Below are positions 1 through 9,222 of a stretch of 64,000 bases of DNA, one piece after another; within the stretch, counting starts at the first letter, position 1; the number at the start of each line of letters is the position of its first letter. Source of the DNA: Candidatus Woesebacteria bacterium UBA1430 (lineage in GTDB: Bacteria; Patescibacteriota; Microgenomatia; UBA8517). The stretch spans positions 4,131-68,130 of the forward strand of contig DCTW01000005.1 in assembly GCA_002329465.1 (NCBI GenBank). Direction: 5' to 3'. Both the position numbers and the translations under genes were made by a program. The notes beneath the pieces were generated by a model. That model ran no database searches. It worked only from the letters and a program-made list of their open reading frames with translations, and was not told the origin of the DNA.

Positions 1-1339
1 TAATTCTTTCTTGATATACCCGATCATTTAATAGCTCTAGGGCAAAGGTAATTAGGCCCGGTAGATATTGCATAATTTCCGGATCATCAGTATATTCCTC
101 CAGATGCCGGAGTTTATTGTCAATAGCTTCACAAAGCAACAAAAACGGTGAACGAGCACAGCCCTGAGGCCTGATTTGGCTTCGAATTTTTTCTAAATCT
201 AGCCCAGATTGTTTATTCACACGAATCCATAAGGGGTCAAAAATTTGGTAAAAATCAAACAAAGATAGCATAGCGGCCCCCCAAACCTCTTTTGCTTGAG
301 AAGTCTTTGCATATTTTATAAAGATCTTAATATGCTGATCTACAACCTCATCGATAATCTTTAGCGTCTGGTTTTCTATTTCTGCCACTTCTTTCGTGGG
401 TAATTCAAGTAACCTTATGTGTCCATTTGCGAATGAGTATTGAACTTGCTTCAAGTCTCTGGAGAAATCAGCAGCCGCTAAGGCTGTTGCATTAAGATGA
501 ATAGAATTTTCGCGTAAAGTATCTATATATCTGTTAAACGGATTGTATATTTCTACAATTTCCTTTTCATAAGACGATAAATGAGAAGTATCGATTGTTA
601 GAGGTTGTGCCTCAAATACCTCTCGAGTCACAGCGGAAGCAGTACTTTTTGCGGTCGTTCCCAGTATAAACCCCGTACCTACTACTCCAAGTTTGAGAAA
701 TGATCGGCGAGAAAATCCCCTTTTTTTGTTTAGCGTTTTATTGTAACCCAATTTTCTGTCTAGATACGAAGTAACGAATTCCGAAGCTATGCTCGAACTA
801 AAAAATGTAATCTGTCCAGATATTTGGGCTAGAACCTGTGTATCTCTCATATAATCCAAAAAATTTCTTGTGCTCATACGTGTATCACAAATTCCTATTA
901 TCGCGGATTTCTGATACTTTTTTCGTTCCTCTGATACGCTCTCTTTAGATACGAACTCGATGCCTGAAGGGCCATATTTTGTTTTTTCAGGAAATACATT
1001 TATTGGATCCTCCTCTGATATTTGAAACCAGGGAAATTCTCCAACAAGCAAAGTTTTATCCGCCTTATCTTTTGGCACCGAAACACTATGTCCGCCTTTT
1101 TCCCAGATATCAATTATTGGAGTAAGCCCGTATAAGTCTTTTAGATGCTGCTTCGTTTTGATTAGCTCTCTAAAATATCTTGCCTCTATTGATAAATCAG
1201 GCCCCAACAATATGCCGGACATTGGCGCAACCATACCCGCTATTGTTAAAACTGGTGCATTTTTAACGACATCCCTGCGTGTTAATCCTTTTCCTGTCGG
1301 TGAGTGTTCCATGGATATTTCATGGTTAGGCTCGCTCAT
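1..1339 (-). CDS. Hypothetical protein (>=446 aa, runs off the window start) with two twin-arginine-like motifs
   Basis: Not in the ORF track. Manual translation from ATG at 1339 (MSEPNHEISMEHSPTGKGLTRRDVVK...) has no stop down to base 1; internal GFSRRSFLKLGVVGTGFILG. Confidence 0.8.
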   Translation of the reverse strand, partial: MSEPNHEISMEHSPTGKGLTRRDVVKNAPVLTIAGMVAPMSGILLGPDLSIEARYFRELIKTKQHLKDLYGLTPIIDIWEKGGHSVSVPKDKADKTLLVGEFPWFQISEEDPINVFPEKTKYGPSGIEFVSKESVSEERKKYQKSAIIGICDTRMSTRNFLDYMRDTQVLAQISGQITFFSSSIASEFVTSYLDRKLGYNKTLNKKRGFSRRSFLKLGVVGTGFILGTTAKSTASAVTREVFEAQPLTIDTSHLSSYEKEIVEIYNPFNRYIDTLRENSIHLNATALAAADFSRDLKQVQYSFANGHIRLLELPTKEVAEIENQTLKIIDEVVDQHIKIFIKYAKTSQAKEVWGAAMLSLFDFYQIFDPLWIRVNKQSGLDLEKIRSQIRPQGCARSPFLLLCEAIDNKLRHLEEYTDDPEIMQYLPGLITFALELLNDRVYQERI

Positions 1340-1348
1340 TTGTTTCTG

Positions 1349-1420
1349 TGTCCCTAGGAAGAATCGAACTTCCATTTCAGGTTTAGGAAACCCGCGTTCT
1401 ATCCGTTGAACTATAGGGAC
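1349..1420 (-). tRNA. tRNA-Arg(CCT)
   Basis: GTCCCTA acceptor stem pairs with TAGGGAC; anticodon arm CGGGT-TTCCTAA-ACCTG; T-loop TTCGATT; TATAAT just upstream; no encoded CCA. Confidence 0.93.
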
Positions 1421-1435
1421 TTGTTATTATACAAT

Positions 1436-2605
1436 CTACTTCAAACTCAGCCAATAAAGATTTGGCACGCTTTCGCCCCCAAAATTGGTAAGAAGAAGTA
1501 TCCTATTGCTGCTTGTTGAAGGATAGGCGTGGGGGTATTCGTAATTTCCGGTAAAAACAACCTGCCTGTTCGTCCCGTCATAGTCAAGTATAGAAATCTT
1601 ATCCTCGCTCGGTAAAAGAATATTAAGGGAATTTGAAAGCCAGGAAAGGTTTTCATTAGGATCACCAACCAAGAAATTTTTATCTTCCTTTATGTCATAA
1701 ACATAGCTTGCACCCTCCTTCAAGTTTCTGGACTCAGCTTGAGTGGAGGAGCCGGGAAGCGGCTTGACAAGTCCGGTTGGGATGCTCGTCTGAGACTCTG
1801 CGGTATATAAGATACGGTTTTCATCGGGTGAAAATTTAATATTAGTTGCGTGCTGCTTAAATACTTTTTCTATCTCATCAGGAAGCTGGGAAAGCTTGGA
1901 TGTTTCGCGCTTGGCAAGTTCTGCATTCCATTCCGTTCTAATTTCCTCAACACGGCTTGCTACATTCACCATTTGTGTCTGGGGTGTAAAAACGGACGTA
2001 TCAAGCAGGAACACCCCATTTTTTGTGGTAAGGAGTATTTCGCGTCCATCAGGCGACCATTCCCAGCTTGATTCTAAAAGATTACCATCGGTAATCCTTC
2101 TTGCATCTCTGTTAAATCCCAAAGGCAAGTTTACGGTTTCAAGCACCCAAAGCCCGGCTTTTTCCTCATTGTCCGAATTTGTAGGTACACCGTATGAAAT
2201 TTTTGAAAAATCAGGGCTAAGTGTTGGATTAAAAGCGCCCGAAAAAGTAAGTGCGGTTAATGAAGGCGCAAGCTGTACCAAAAAAGCATCAATTTGGGTA
2301 ACCGTTTCCTTTTCTATAGTAATGCGCTTCTCCCAGGGAAGAAATCCCTCCTTTTTAACCTGGATATTATAAGTTCCGGGTATTAACGAAATAGTGTTGT
2401 TGGTAGCGGTCTTAAGCTCATTATCTACAAAAACTTGTGCACCTGTTGGATCCGAATTGGCAACCAAAAGCCCCCTTGTGCTTATTGAAATTTTTTCCTC
2501 TCTAAGCCCAAGCCGATACCCGCGGGCATAAAGTATTGCTATACTTCCAAAAATAATGAGTATCACTACGGTGAGCAAAAAAACGGCAATTCTTGCCTTT
2601 GTCAT
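1436..2605 (-). CDS. Membrane-anchored PEGA-domain protein with TolB/WD40-like propeller
   Basis: N-terminal TM helix; PEGA motif LVANSDPTGAQVFVD...PGTYNIQVKKEGF; WSPDG/FSPDE repeats. Confidence 0.8.
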   Translation of the reverse strand: MTKARIAVFLLTVVILIIFGSIAILYARGYRLGLREEKISISTRGLLVANSDPTGAQVFVDNELKTATNNTISLIPGTYNIQVKKEGFLPWEKRITIEKETVTQIDAFLVQLAPSLTALTFSGAFNPTLSPDFSKISYGVPTNSDNEEKAGLWVLETVNLPLGFNRDARRITDGNLLESSWEWSPDGREILLTTKNGVFLLDTSVFTPQTQMVNVASRVEEIRTEWNAELAKRETSKLSQLPDEIEKVFKQHATNIKFSPDENRILYTAESQTSIPTGLVKPLPGSSTQAESRNLKEGASYVYDIKEDKNFLVGDPNENLSWLSNSLNILLPSEDKISILDYDGTNRQVVFTGNYEYPHAYPSTSSNRILLLTNFGGESVPNLYWLSLK

Positions 2606-2732
2606 AGCTAATTATACCACTTGTTGAAGTGGGATTTCATTAATATACTTACAATAGTCAATTTTAATCAAATATATCTTAATACAATGATAATAGATCA
2701 AAATGTATACAATATTCATTAATCATTAATCT

Positions 2733-3740
2733 ATGTTGCGCAAACGTTTAGCCATAGATTTAGGTACAGCCAATACTCTTGTCTGGATAGCTGGTGAGGG
2801 AATAGTCGCAAACGAGCCAAGTGTAGTAGCGATTTCTGCTGAGGACAATAAAGTCGTGGCCGTTGGCGAAGACGCCAAAAGAATGCTGGGCCGCACTCCC
2901 GAAACATTAGTCGCAAGTAGGCCAATGAGAGAGGGAGTAATTGCCGATTATCAAGTAACAAAAGCAATGCTTCGCTATTTTATCAACAAGGTGGCTTCAA
3001 AATCTTTCGTCTTAAGGCCGGATGTGATGGTTTGCGTACCAGCGGGGTGCACACAAGTCGAGAGACGTGCGGCACTTGATGCCACTTTGGAAGCCGGAGC
3101 CGCCCATGCATATCTTATAGATGAGCCATTGGCTGCTGCAATCGGGGCAAATATACCGGTATCCGCTCCAAGCGGACACATGATAATCGATATTGGAGGA
3201 GGAGCGGCTGAAGCAGCGGTTCTAAGCCTTGGGGGAGTCGTTGTTCACAAAAGCGTACGGGTCGCAGGAAATAAAATAGACGAAGCAATTCAAAATTACC
3301 TCAAAAAAAAACACAACTTAATAATAGGAGATCAAACTGCAGAGGATATAAAAATTAAAATAGGCTCCGCAGTAAAACTGGAAAAAGAAGAAAAAATACA
3401 GATTTCAGGAAGGGATGTGGTATTCGGCCTGCCAAGAAGTGTGGTGGTAACGTCAACTGAAGTAACAGACGCAATTTATCCGCCCCTATCCCAAATTATA
3501 GGCGCAGTTAAAGCAGTTCTTGAAGAAACGCCCCCCGAGCTTGCTTCCGATATTATAGATAAGGGAATTGTTATGAGCGGAGGCACAAGCCTTCTTAGAA
3601 ATTTTGATAAATTATTAACAGAAGAAACGGGTGTTCCAAGCCATGTTGCAGAAGAGGCTTTGTACTGTGTCGTGCGCGGAACAGGAATAGTGCTTGAAAA
3701 CATAGAACTCTGGAAGAGAAGCGTTACAACGAAAAGATAA
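2733..3740 (+). CDS. mreB: Rod shape-determining protein MreB/Mbl (paralog 1)
   Basis: AIDLGTANT, EPSVVA, DIGGG, SGGTSLL actin-like ATPase motifs. Confidence 0.95.
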   Translation: MLRKRLAIDLGTANTLVWIAGEGIVANEPSVVAISAEDNKVVAVGEDAKRMLGRTPETLVASRPMREGVIADYQVTKAMLRYFINKVASKSFVLRPDVMVCVPAGCTQVERRAALDATLEAGAAHAYLIDEPLAAAIGANIPVSAPSGHMIIDIGGGAAEAAVLSLGGVVVHKSVRVAGNKIDEAIQNYLKKKHNLIIGDQTAEDIKIKIGSAVKLEKEEKIQISGRDVVFGLPRSVVVTSTEVTDAIYPPLSQIIGAVKAVLEETPPELASDIIDKGIVMSGGTSLLRNFDKLLTEETGVPSHVAEEALYCVVRGTGIVLENIELWKRSVTTKR

Positions 3741-4158
3741 AACTATAAGTTTTTAAGAGATAACAAATTTCTTAAAAAAACAAAAAAAATAAAAGTTTTA
3801 AAATTAAAAAAACAGTAAAATTAAAAAAATTCGAACAATAAAATAAAGTATATAGTATAAACTAATTAATATTTTAGAGATTGTTGACAAAATGAGGATA
3901 ACATTAAAAAATTTAAGTCAAAAAAATGAATAAAAAATTTCAACAGAATTGTTAATTTTTAAAACGGTATAATTTAATTATTATAACTTATAGTAAAAGT
4001 GACAAAAAAATAAAAAAATCGGTATTACAAAAAGTCATAAAAACCAAACCAAATTTAGCTATAGGTTATTAATAAGAAAGCATTTTTATAATCCAAACAA
4101 AAATTGGTTATAAAAAGGCTCTAAAAAATATCAAAAAACCAAGTAATAAAGACAAAAA
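3741..4158. other. 418-bp extremely A-rich intergenic region
   Basis: About 17% G+C by manual count, dense A-tracts, no ORF of 60 aa or more. Confidence 0.85.
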
Positions 4159-4932
4159 ATGACTCGCAAACACGGAAAAATAATGGGAATTAGCATTTCT
4201 AGCACTCAAGTGAGCAAAGTGCTAAAATTTATAGACTTTAGCCTCAAAAAAAAGCACAAATTTTTTATTGCTACACCAAATCCTGAAATTTTAGTTGAGG
4301 CTAGCAAAAACAATAGTCTTCAAAAAGCGCTTAGATCCGCAGACATCTTGCTTCCGGATGGCGCCGGTCTTATTTTAGCCTCAAAATTTTTAGGCTTTAA
4401 GCTTAATCGGATAACAGGAAGAAAAATGTTTGAAAAAATCCTAAAGTTTGCAGATCAAAAAAATTTAAAAATTTTTCTCTTGGGCTCCTCAGGAAAAGTT
4501 ATATCGCTTTGCCTCAAGCGCTTGAAAGGTGAATATAGCACCATAAAGGCATCAGGCTTTGAAGGGCCTTTTTTAGATAAAGAGGGTAGCCCTATTACCA
4601 ATAAAGACTTGGAAGCAGAAAAAAGGGCTTTGAGAATGATAAACACCTTTAAGCCTGATATTCTATTTGTAGCCTTCGGGGCGCCAAAGCAAGAAATCTG
4701 GCTTAACAACAACTTACATAAGCTCAAAATAGGTGGGGGTATGGTTGTTGGTGGTACATTTGATTATTTTTCAGGGGTAAAGCCGCTGCCGCCGCGCTTT
4801 CTCTCCAAAATAGGCCTCGAGTGGCTCTGGCGCCTAATTTACGACCCAAAAAGATTAAAAAGGATCTTTAATGCACTTGTCGTTTTCCCATTTTTGGTAC
4901 TGTTCAAAAAACAAAATGAAAGAAAAAATTAA
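4159..4932 (+). CDS. WecB/TagA/CpsF family glycosyltransferase
   Basis: TPNPEI, LPDG, RITG, FVAFGAPKQEIW, VGGTFD, GLEWLWRL motifs. Confidence 0.92.
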   Translation: MTRKHGKIMGISISSTQVSKVLKFIDFSLKKKHKFFIATPNPEILVEASKNNSLQKALRSADILLPDGAGLILASKFLGFKLNRITGRKMFEKILKFADQKNLKIFLLGSSGKVISLCLKRLKGEYSTIKASGFEGPFLDKEGSPITNKDLEAEKRALRMINTFKPDILFVAFGAPKQEIWLNNNLHKLKIGGGMVVGGTFDYFSGVKPLPPRFLSKIGLEWLWRLIYDPKRLKRIFNALVVFPFLVLFKKQNERKN

Positions 4933-5335
4933 CGTTTTCGGACTTAAAGGATGTATGCTTCCAAACGGTAATCTGTGCGAGGTTTGTTGCAAACTTTTTG
5001 AGCATCCCATACACGAATCATTTGGAGAAGTTACAGTTAAAAAAGCATTGTCTCCATGCCCTTATCTTAAAAGCTTAAGAGGAGAGGGTAGAGGTTGCTT
5101 ATTGCATAAAACTTCTGAACAAACAGATGTTTGTGCAAATTTCCACTGCAGTCAATATCCGGATCCTGAATACATCATTGCCGGGGCAATAGCTTTTGGT
5201 GAAATAACTTGCGAAGAAGCAGCCTCCATAGTAGATGAAGAAGCGCTTGAAAGAATAATCGAAAGGTCAGAACAAATAAGATTGAAATATAATAATAGAG
5301 CTCAAGTAGAATACTTTGAATTTGAACAGCCATGA
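4916..5335 (+). CDS. Cys-rich protein, YkgJ/CxxCxxCC-like (putative Zn or Fe-S binding)
   Basis: LCEVCC...PCPYL...GC...VCANFHC; start taken at ATG 4916; overlaps both neighbours. Confidence 0.6.
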   Translation: MKEKINVFGLKGCMLPNGNLCEVCCKLFEHPIHESFGEVTVKKALSPCPYLKSLRGEGRGCLLHKTSEQTDVCANFHCSQYPDPEYIIAGAIAFGEITCEEAASIVDEEALERIIERSEQIRLKYNNRAQVEYFEFEQP

Positions 5336-6297
5336 AAGCCGCAGCAAAAGCAACCTCAAATATAGCATTCATAAAATATTGGGGCAAAAAAGATGAAGCT
5401 TTAAGAATTCCTGCGAATTCATCAATCTCAATGAATCTTTCAAACGCTTACTCAATTACCTCTGTGGAATTAAGTAAAAACCTGAAAAAAGATCAAGTTT
5501 ACCTAAATTCTAAAAAAGCCGAGGAAGATGAATACACCCGTATAGTAAAGCATCTTGATTTAATTAGAGCTCTGGCAAAATCAAATCTTTTTGCCAAAGT
5601 TAAAAGCAGAAATAGTTTTCCAAAAGGCACTGGTATTGCTTCATCGGCTTCGGGATTCGCCGCACTTACTCTTGCTGCTACTAAAGCTTTTAAGCTAAAT
5701 CTGTCTCAAAAAAAGCTCTCAATCTTAGCGCGCCTTGGATCAGGCTCGGCATGCAGGTCAATTCCGCCCGGGTTCGTTGAGTGGGTTAAGGGGGCAGATT
5801 CGAAAACCTCATACGCAAAAACGCTTTATCCTCCAAGCTATTGGGATATACTCGATATCGTAGCAATAGTGGGGGAATCCAAAAAAGAAATTTCTTCTAC
5901 AAAAGGGCATTCCCTAACCGGCACAAGCCCATTTTTTAATAAAAGAATTGCCGATTTGCCTCAAAAAATAAAAGATATTAAAAAAGCTCTTAAATTCAAA
6001 GATTTCACTAAATTAGGGACCATCATCGAAGAAGAAGCTCTAAATATGCATGCGGTAATGCTCACCCAGCGCCCGCCGCTTATCTATTTCAACTCAAGCT
6101 CACTTTCGATAATTCGCGAAATTTACGAGATGAGAAAAAAGGGGATAGAAGCATACTTTACACTCGACGCAGGCCCCAACGTTCATATTATCTGTAAGGC
6201 GCCAGACGCGCCAAAAATCAAAAAAATTCTCAAAAACCAAAAGATTGTCAAAAAAATTTTGGTTAACAAACCTGGAAACGGCACTGAAATAATTTAG
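5332..6297 (+). CDS. mvaD: Diphosphomevalonate decarboxylase
   Basis: NIAFIKYWGK, GIASSASGFAAL, GSGSACRS, FTLDAGPNVH. Confidence 0.96.
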   Translation: MKAAAKATSNIAFIKYWGKKDEALRIPANSSISMNLSNAYSITSVELSKNLKKDQVYLNSKKAEEDEYTRIVKHLDLIRALAKSNLFAKVKSRNSFPKGTGIASSASGFAALTLAATKAFKLNLSQKKLSILARLGSGSACRSIPPGFVEWVKGADSKTSYAKTLYPPSYWDILDIVAIVGESKKEISSTKGHSLTGTSPFFNKRIADLPQKIKDIKKALKFKDFTKLGTIIEEEALNMHAVMLTQRPPLIYFNSSSLSIIREIYEMRKKGIEAYFTLDAGPNVHIICKAPDAPKIKKILKNQKIVKKILVNKPGNGTEII

Positions 6298-6327
6298 CGA
6301 AAAATACATATGCTATAATCCATCATT

Positions 6328-6834
6328 ATGGAGCGACGCTTTGAAATAGAAAAGATAGAAATAAGCAATTTATATAGCTTGATTACTAACCCCTTGAGAA
6401 GAGACACGTTGGCAAGAAAACAGCAAGGTGTTGGTGTGGTTATTATTTCAGATAGAAAAATTTTGATGGTTCAGGAAAATAGAAAAGATAAAAAGTATGG
6501 CACAGAAGTTGATATGTGGTCTTTTCCGGCAGGTACTATGGAAAAGGAAGAATCTCCAGCCGATACTGCAATGAGAGAAGTTTTAGAAGAGACAAATAGT
6601 CGGATAACCTCACTAGAGTACTTTGGGTCTTATTTTTATACCAACCAAGCAATAGGCCACATTTATCTGGGAAATATAGATCCTGAACCTGATGGTCTTA
6701 AATCAAACGATAGTGACATTAAAAACGTCAAGTGGATCCCAATAGAACGCATGTTAAATGGTGAAATGAATCTAAGACCTTTTGTAAAAGAGATAGTCAT
6801 GGATGTTACTCTTAATGGTCACGATTCAAAATAA
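6328..6834 (+). CDS. NUDIX hydrolase
   Basis: Nudix box GTMEKEESPADTAMREVLEET. Confidence 0.88.
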   Translation: MERRFEIEKIEISNLYSLITNPLRRDTLARKQQGVGVVIISDRKILMVQENRKDKKYGTEVDMWSFPAGTMEKEESPADTAMREVLEETNSRITSLEYFGSYFYTNQAIGHIYLGNIDPEPDGLKSNDSDIKNVKWIPIERMLNGEMNLRPFVKEIVMDVTLNGHDSK

Positions 6835-7903
6835 AATCAATTAAAAGCTTGATACTACTCCTTTGAGGCTCTTTTTTAAGAAATCCTAGCCGCGCTTCAA
6901 ACAACCGGTTAGATTTGTCCTTCAAATGTCTGGCCGCGCTCCGTGCATAATCAATACTTCCGTGCTTGTTCATCATATTTAAAATCCACTTTATTTCCTT
7001 TTTGGTTTTTTGCTCTCTTTTTTTGCCGAGGATCACCCCAAGCTTTTCAAAATCCGATTTGTTTAAATTTCTTGCAAGATGTCCGAGAATAAGCGTTCTT
7101 TTCCCCTCATATATATCATTGGCCATCTCTTTTTTCCCGCCGAAATCGCCGGTTAGATCCAAAATATCATCAACAAGCTGAAAGCATCGCCCAAGATAAA
7201 CCCCAAACTCAGTTATAGCCTGAAGCTCATCCTCACTCGCACCTGCGATAATTGCTCCGAGCCTCATTGGACCGGCGATTGTGTAGTAAGAAGTTTTTCC
7301 GTCAACTATAAAAAAATAGTCTTCATCACTGATCGTTTTCCGATTATTTTCTGTCCAGATGGCTTCAACAGATTGTCCCATATAAGTTCTAACAAGAATT
7401 TTGTACATTTCTTCGTATATCGCCTCGGATTTTTCTCGCCCCAGAAGTTTGTAATTTTTGGATAACAATTGCCATATTGCGCTTTGGAGATGGTCCCCTG
7501 CGTTGATAGAAACATTTACTCCGTATATCCTGTGAAGCGCTTTTTTGCCGCGTCTTTTGGTTGATCCATCCATAATATCATCATGTACAAGAAGAAAGTC
7601 CTCGGATAGCTGCATAGCAGTAGCGGTAGGCAAAATTTTCTTGCGGCTAGCTCCCATTGCTTCTGCCGTAAGCATTAGAAGTGCCGGCCTTAAATATTTA
7701 CCCTTGCGCCTTGGATATTCGCGAACGGCATGAGAGTGAATATTGGTATAATTTTGATACTTTTTAGGTATTCTAAATTTTTCTGGGAATAAGGGATCGT
7801 CAAGCGCTCTGTCAATAAGAGGCCAAATTATTTTTCTATAATCCTCTAAAATTTTATAGGCTTCGTGTTTTTTAGCTGTCATTCCAGGTAGATTATATTT
7901 CAA
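6812..7903 (-). CDS. trans-polyprenyl diphosphate synthase (FPP/GGPP synthase-like)
   Basis: GKYLRP, FARM FLLVHDDIMD..RRG, KT, SARM FQLVDDILD, DIYEGK. Confidence 0.92.
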   Translation of the reverse strand: MKYNLPGMTAKKHEAYKILEDYRKIIWPLIDRALDDPLFPEKFRIPKKYQNYTNIHSHAVREYPRRKGKYLRPALLMLTAEAMGASRKKILPTATAMQLSEDFLLVHDDIMDGSTKRRGKKALHRIYGVNVSINAGDHLQSAIWQLLSKNYKLLGREKSEAIYEEMYKILVRTYMGQSVEAIWTENNRKTISDEDYFFIVDGKTSYYTIAGPMRLGAIIAGASEDELQAITEFGVYLGRCFQLVDDILDLTGDFGGKKEMANDIYEGKRTLILGHLARNLNKSDFEKLGVILGKKREQKTKKEIKWILNMMNKHGSIDYARSAARHLKDKSNRLFEARLGFLKKEPQRSSIKLLIDFILNRDH

Positions 7904-7941
7904 ATGATATCACAAACCAAATATGTGATATAATCTTTACT

Positions 7942-9222
7942 ATGCCGGAAAAGTTGGCAACTCTTCCCAAAGGCACAAAAATTCCAAACCATATAGCAAT
8001 TATCCCGGACGGCAACAGGCGCTGGGCTAGGGCAAGAGGATTGGATCCTTCGGATGGGCATAAAATAGGAGCGGAAAGGGTACACGAGATTGTCTGTACC
8101 GCACGCGATTGGGGAGTACATACAGTTACCTTTTGGGGGCTTTCTACCGAAAACTGGCGTGAAAGAAGCCCCAAAGAAGTAAAAATTTTATACCAAACAA
8201 TAAATAAATTTATAGATAAGCATCTTGTTGAAGCAAAAAAAGACGGAGCGAGAATAATCCATCTTGGCAGAAAAGATCGCCTTCCTCGCTGGCTAATTAA
8301 AAAAATTAGCAAAGCGGAAAAAGAAACCATTAACAATACAAAATATGTTTTCAATATAGCCTTGGATTATGGCGGCCAGGACGAAATAATTCGTGCAGTT
8401 CAAAAAATAGTCAAAGACAAAGTCAAGCCTGAAGAAATAACGGTAAAATTAATAGATAGCTATATGGATACAAAAGACCAGCCATATCCGTATCCGGATC
8501 TTTTAATTAGAACATCAGGTGAGCAACGAACAAGCGGTCTTCTTCTCTGGCAATCCGATTACACAGAAATGTACTGGGAAACAGATCATCTTCCGGCATT
8601 TACCCCGGAAAAGCTAAAAGATGCAATCCTTGATTATTCAAGACGAAGAAGGCGTTTTGGCGGAAACGATAGCGAAAAGCACTTTGCCTTTAAACCTGCT
8701 GTCGCGGCCAAATTGGAGCTTGATTGGTGGAGATTGGCAAATATTCCCGAGGACAAGTCTTTCGGAGAATATACAAAGGAGCATCTTGTTGAGCAGTGGG
8801 GATTATCAAAAAGTTTGGCCGGAAAAGGCGCAAAGCTTATGGCAGAGGCCTTGGTTCATGGAAAAAGAGAAAAATGGGTTAAGTCCAAAAAATACCTAAA
8901 AGAATTTTATAAACTCATTAAAGACGAGGTTAAGCTGGCTTTCGAGCCTTCGCTTGCTGCATCATTCGAGATAAACATACTCCAGCAGATAAACGGCGGA
9001 TCAAAAGAGATAGAAACAGAAAAAATAGAATACGAATCAAGAAGGTTATTATCCGAAGTCTATAGAATAAGCGATCTGCAGGCCAGGAAAGCAGCCCACC
9101 TAAGAGCACTTGCAACCCTGGAAAGAAACAGGGCGGAGCGTGGAGAAGGGGATGACCATTGGGTTAAAGCTGGTACTTATCTTGAACTATATTACGAAGC
9201 CCTCAAGGACCGCATTGCCTAA
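7942..9222 (+). CDS. uppS: Undecaprenyl diphosphate synthase with ~185-aa C-terminal extra domain
   Basis: PNHIAIIPDGNRRWA, STENW.R, YGGQDEI, PDLLIRTSGEQRTSG, RRRRFGG. Confidence 0.93.
   Translation: MPEKLATLPKGTKIPNHIAIIPDGNRRWARARGLDPSDGHKIGAERVHEIVCTARDWGVHTVTFWGLSTENWRERSPKEVKILYQTINKFIDKHLVEAKKDGARIIHLGRKDRLPRWLIKKISKAEKETINNTKYVFNIALDYGGQDEIIRAVQKIVKDKVKPEEITVKLIDSYMDTKDQPYPYPDLLIRTSGEQRTSGLLLWQSDYTEMYWETDHLPAFTPEKLKDAILDYSRRRRRFGGNDSEKHFAFKPAVAAKLELDWWRLANIPEDKSFGEYTKEHLVEQWGLSKSLAGKGAKLMAEALVHGKREKWVKSKKYLKEFYKLIKDEVKLAFEPSLAASFEINILQQINGGSKEIETEKIEYESRRLLSEVYRISDLQARKAAHLRALATLERNRAERGEGDDHWVKAGTYLELYYEALKDRIA

Noticed and set aside
1158-1409. 83-aa + strand ORF
   Set aside because: Antisense to tRNA-Arg and to the long minus-strand ORF.
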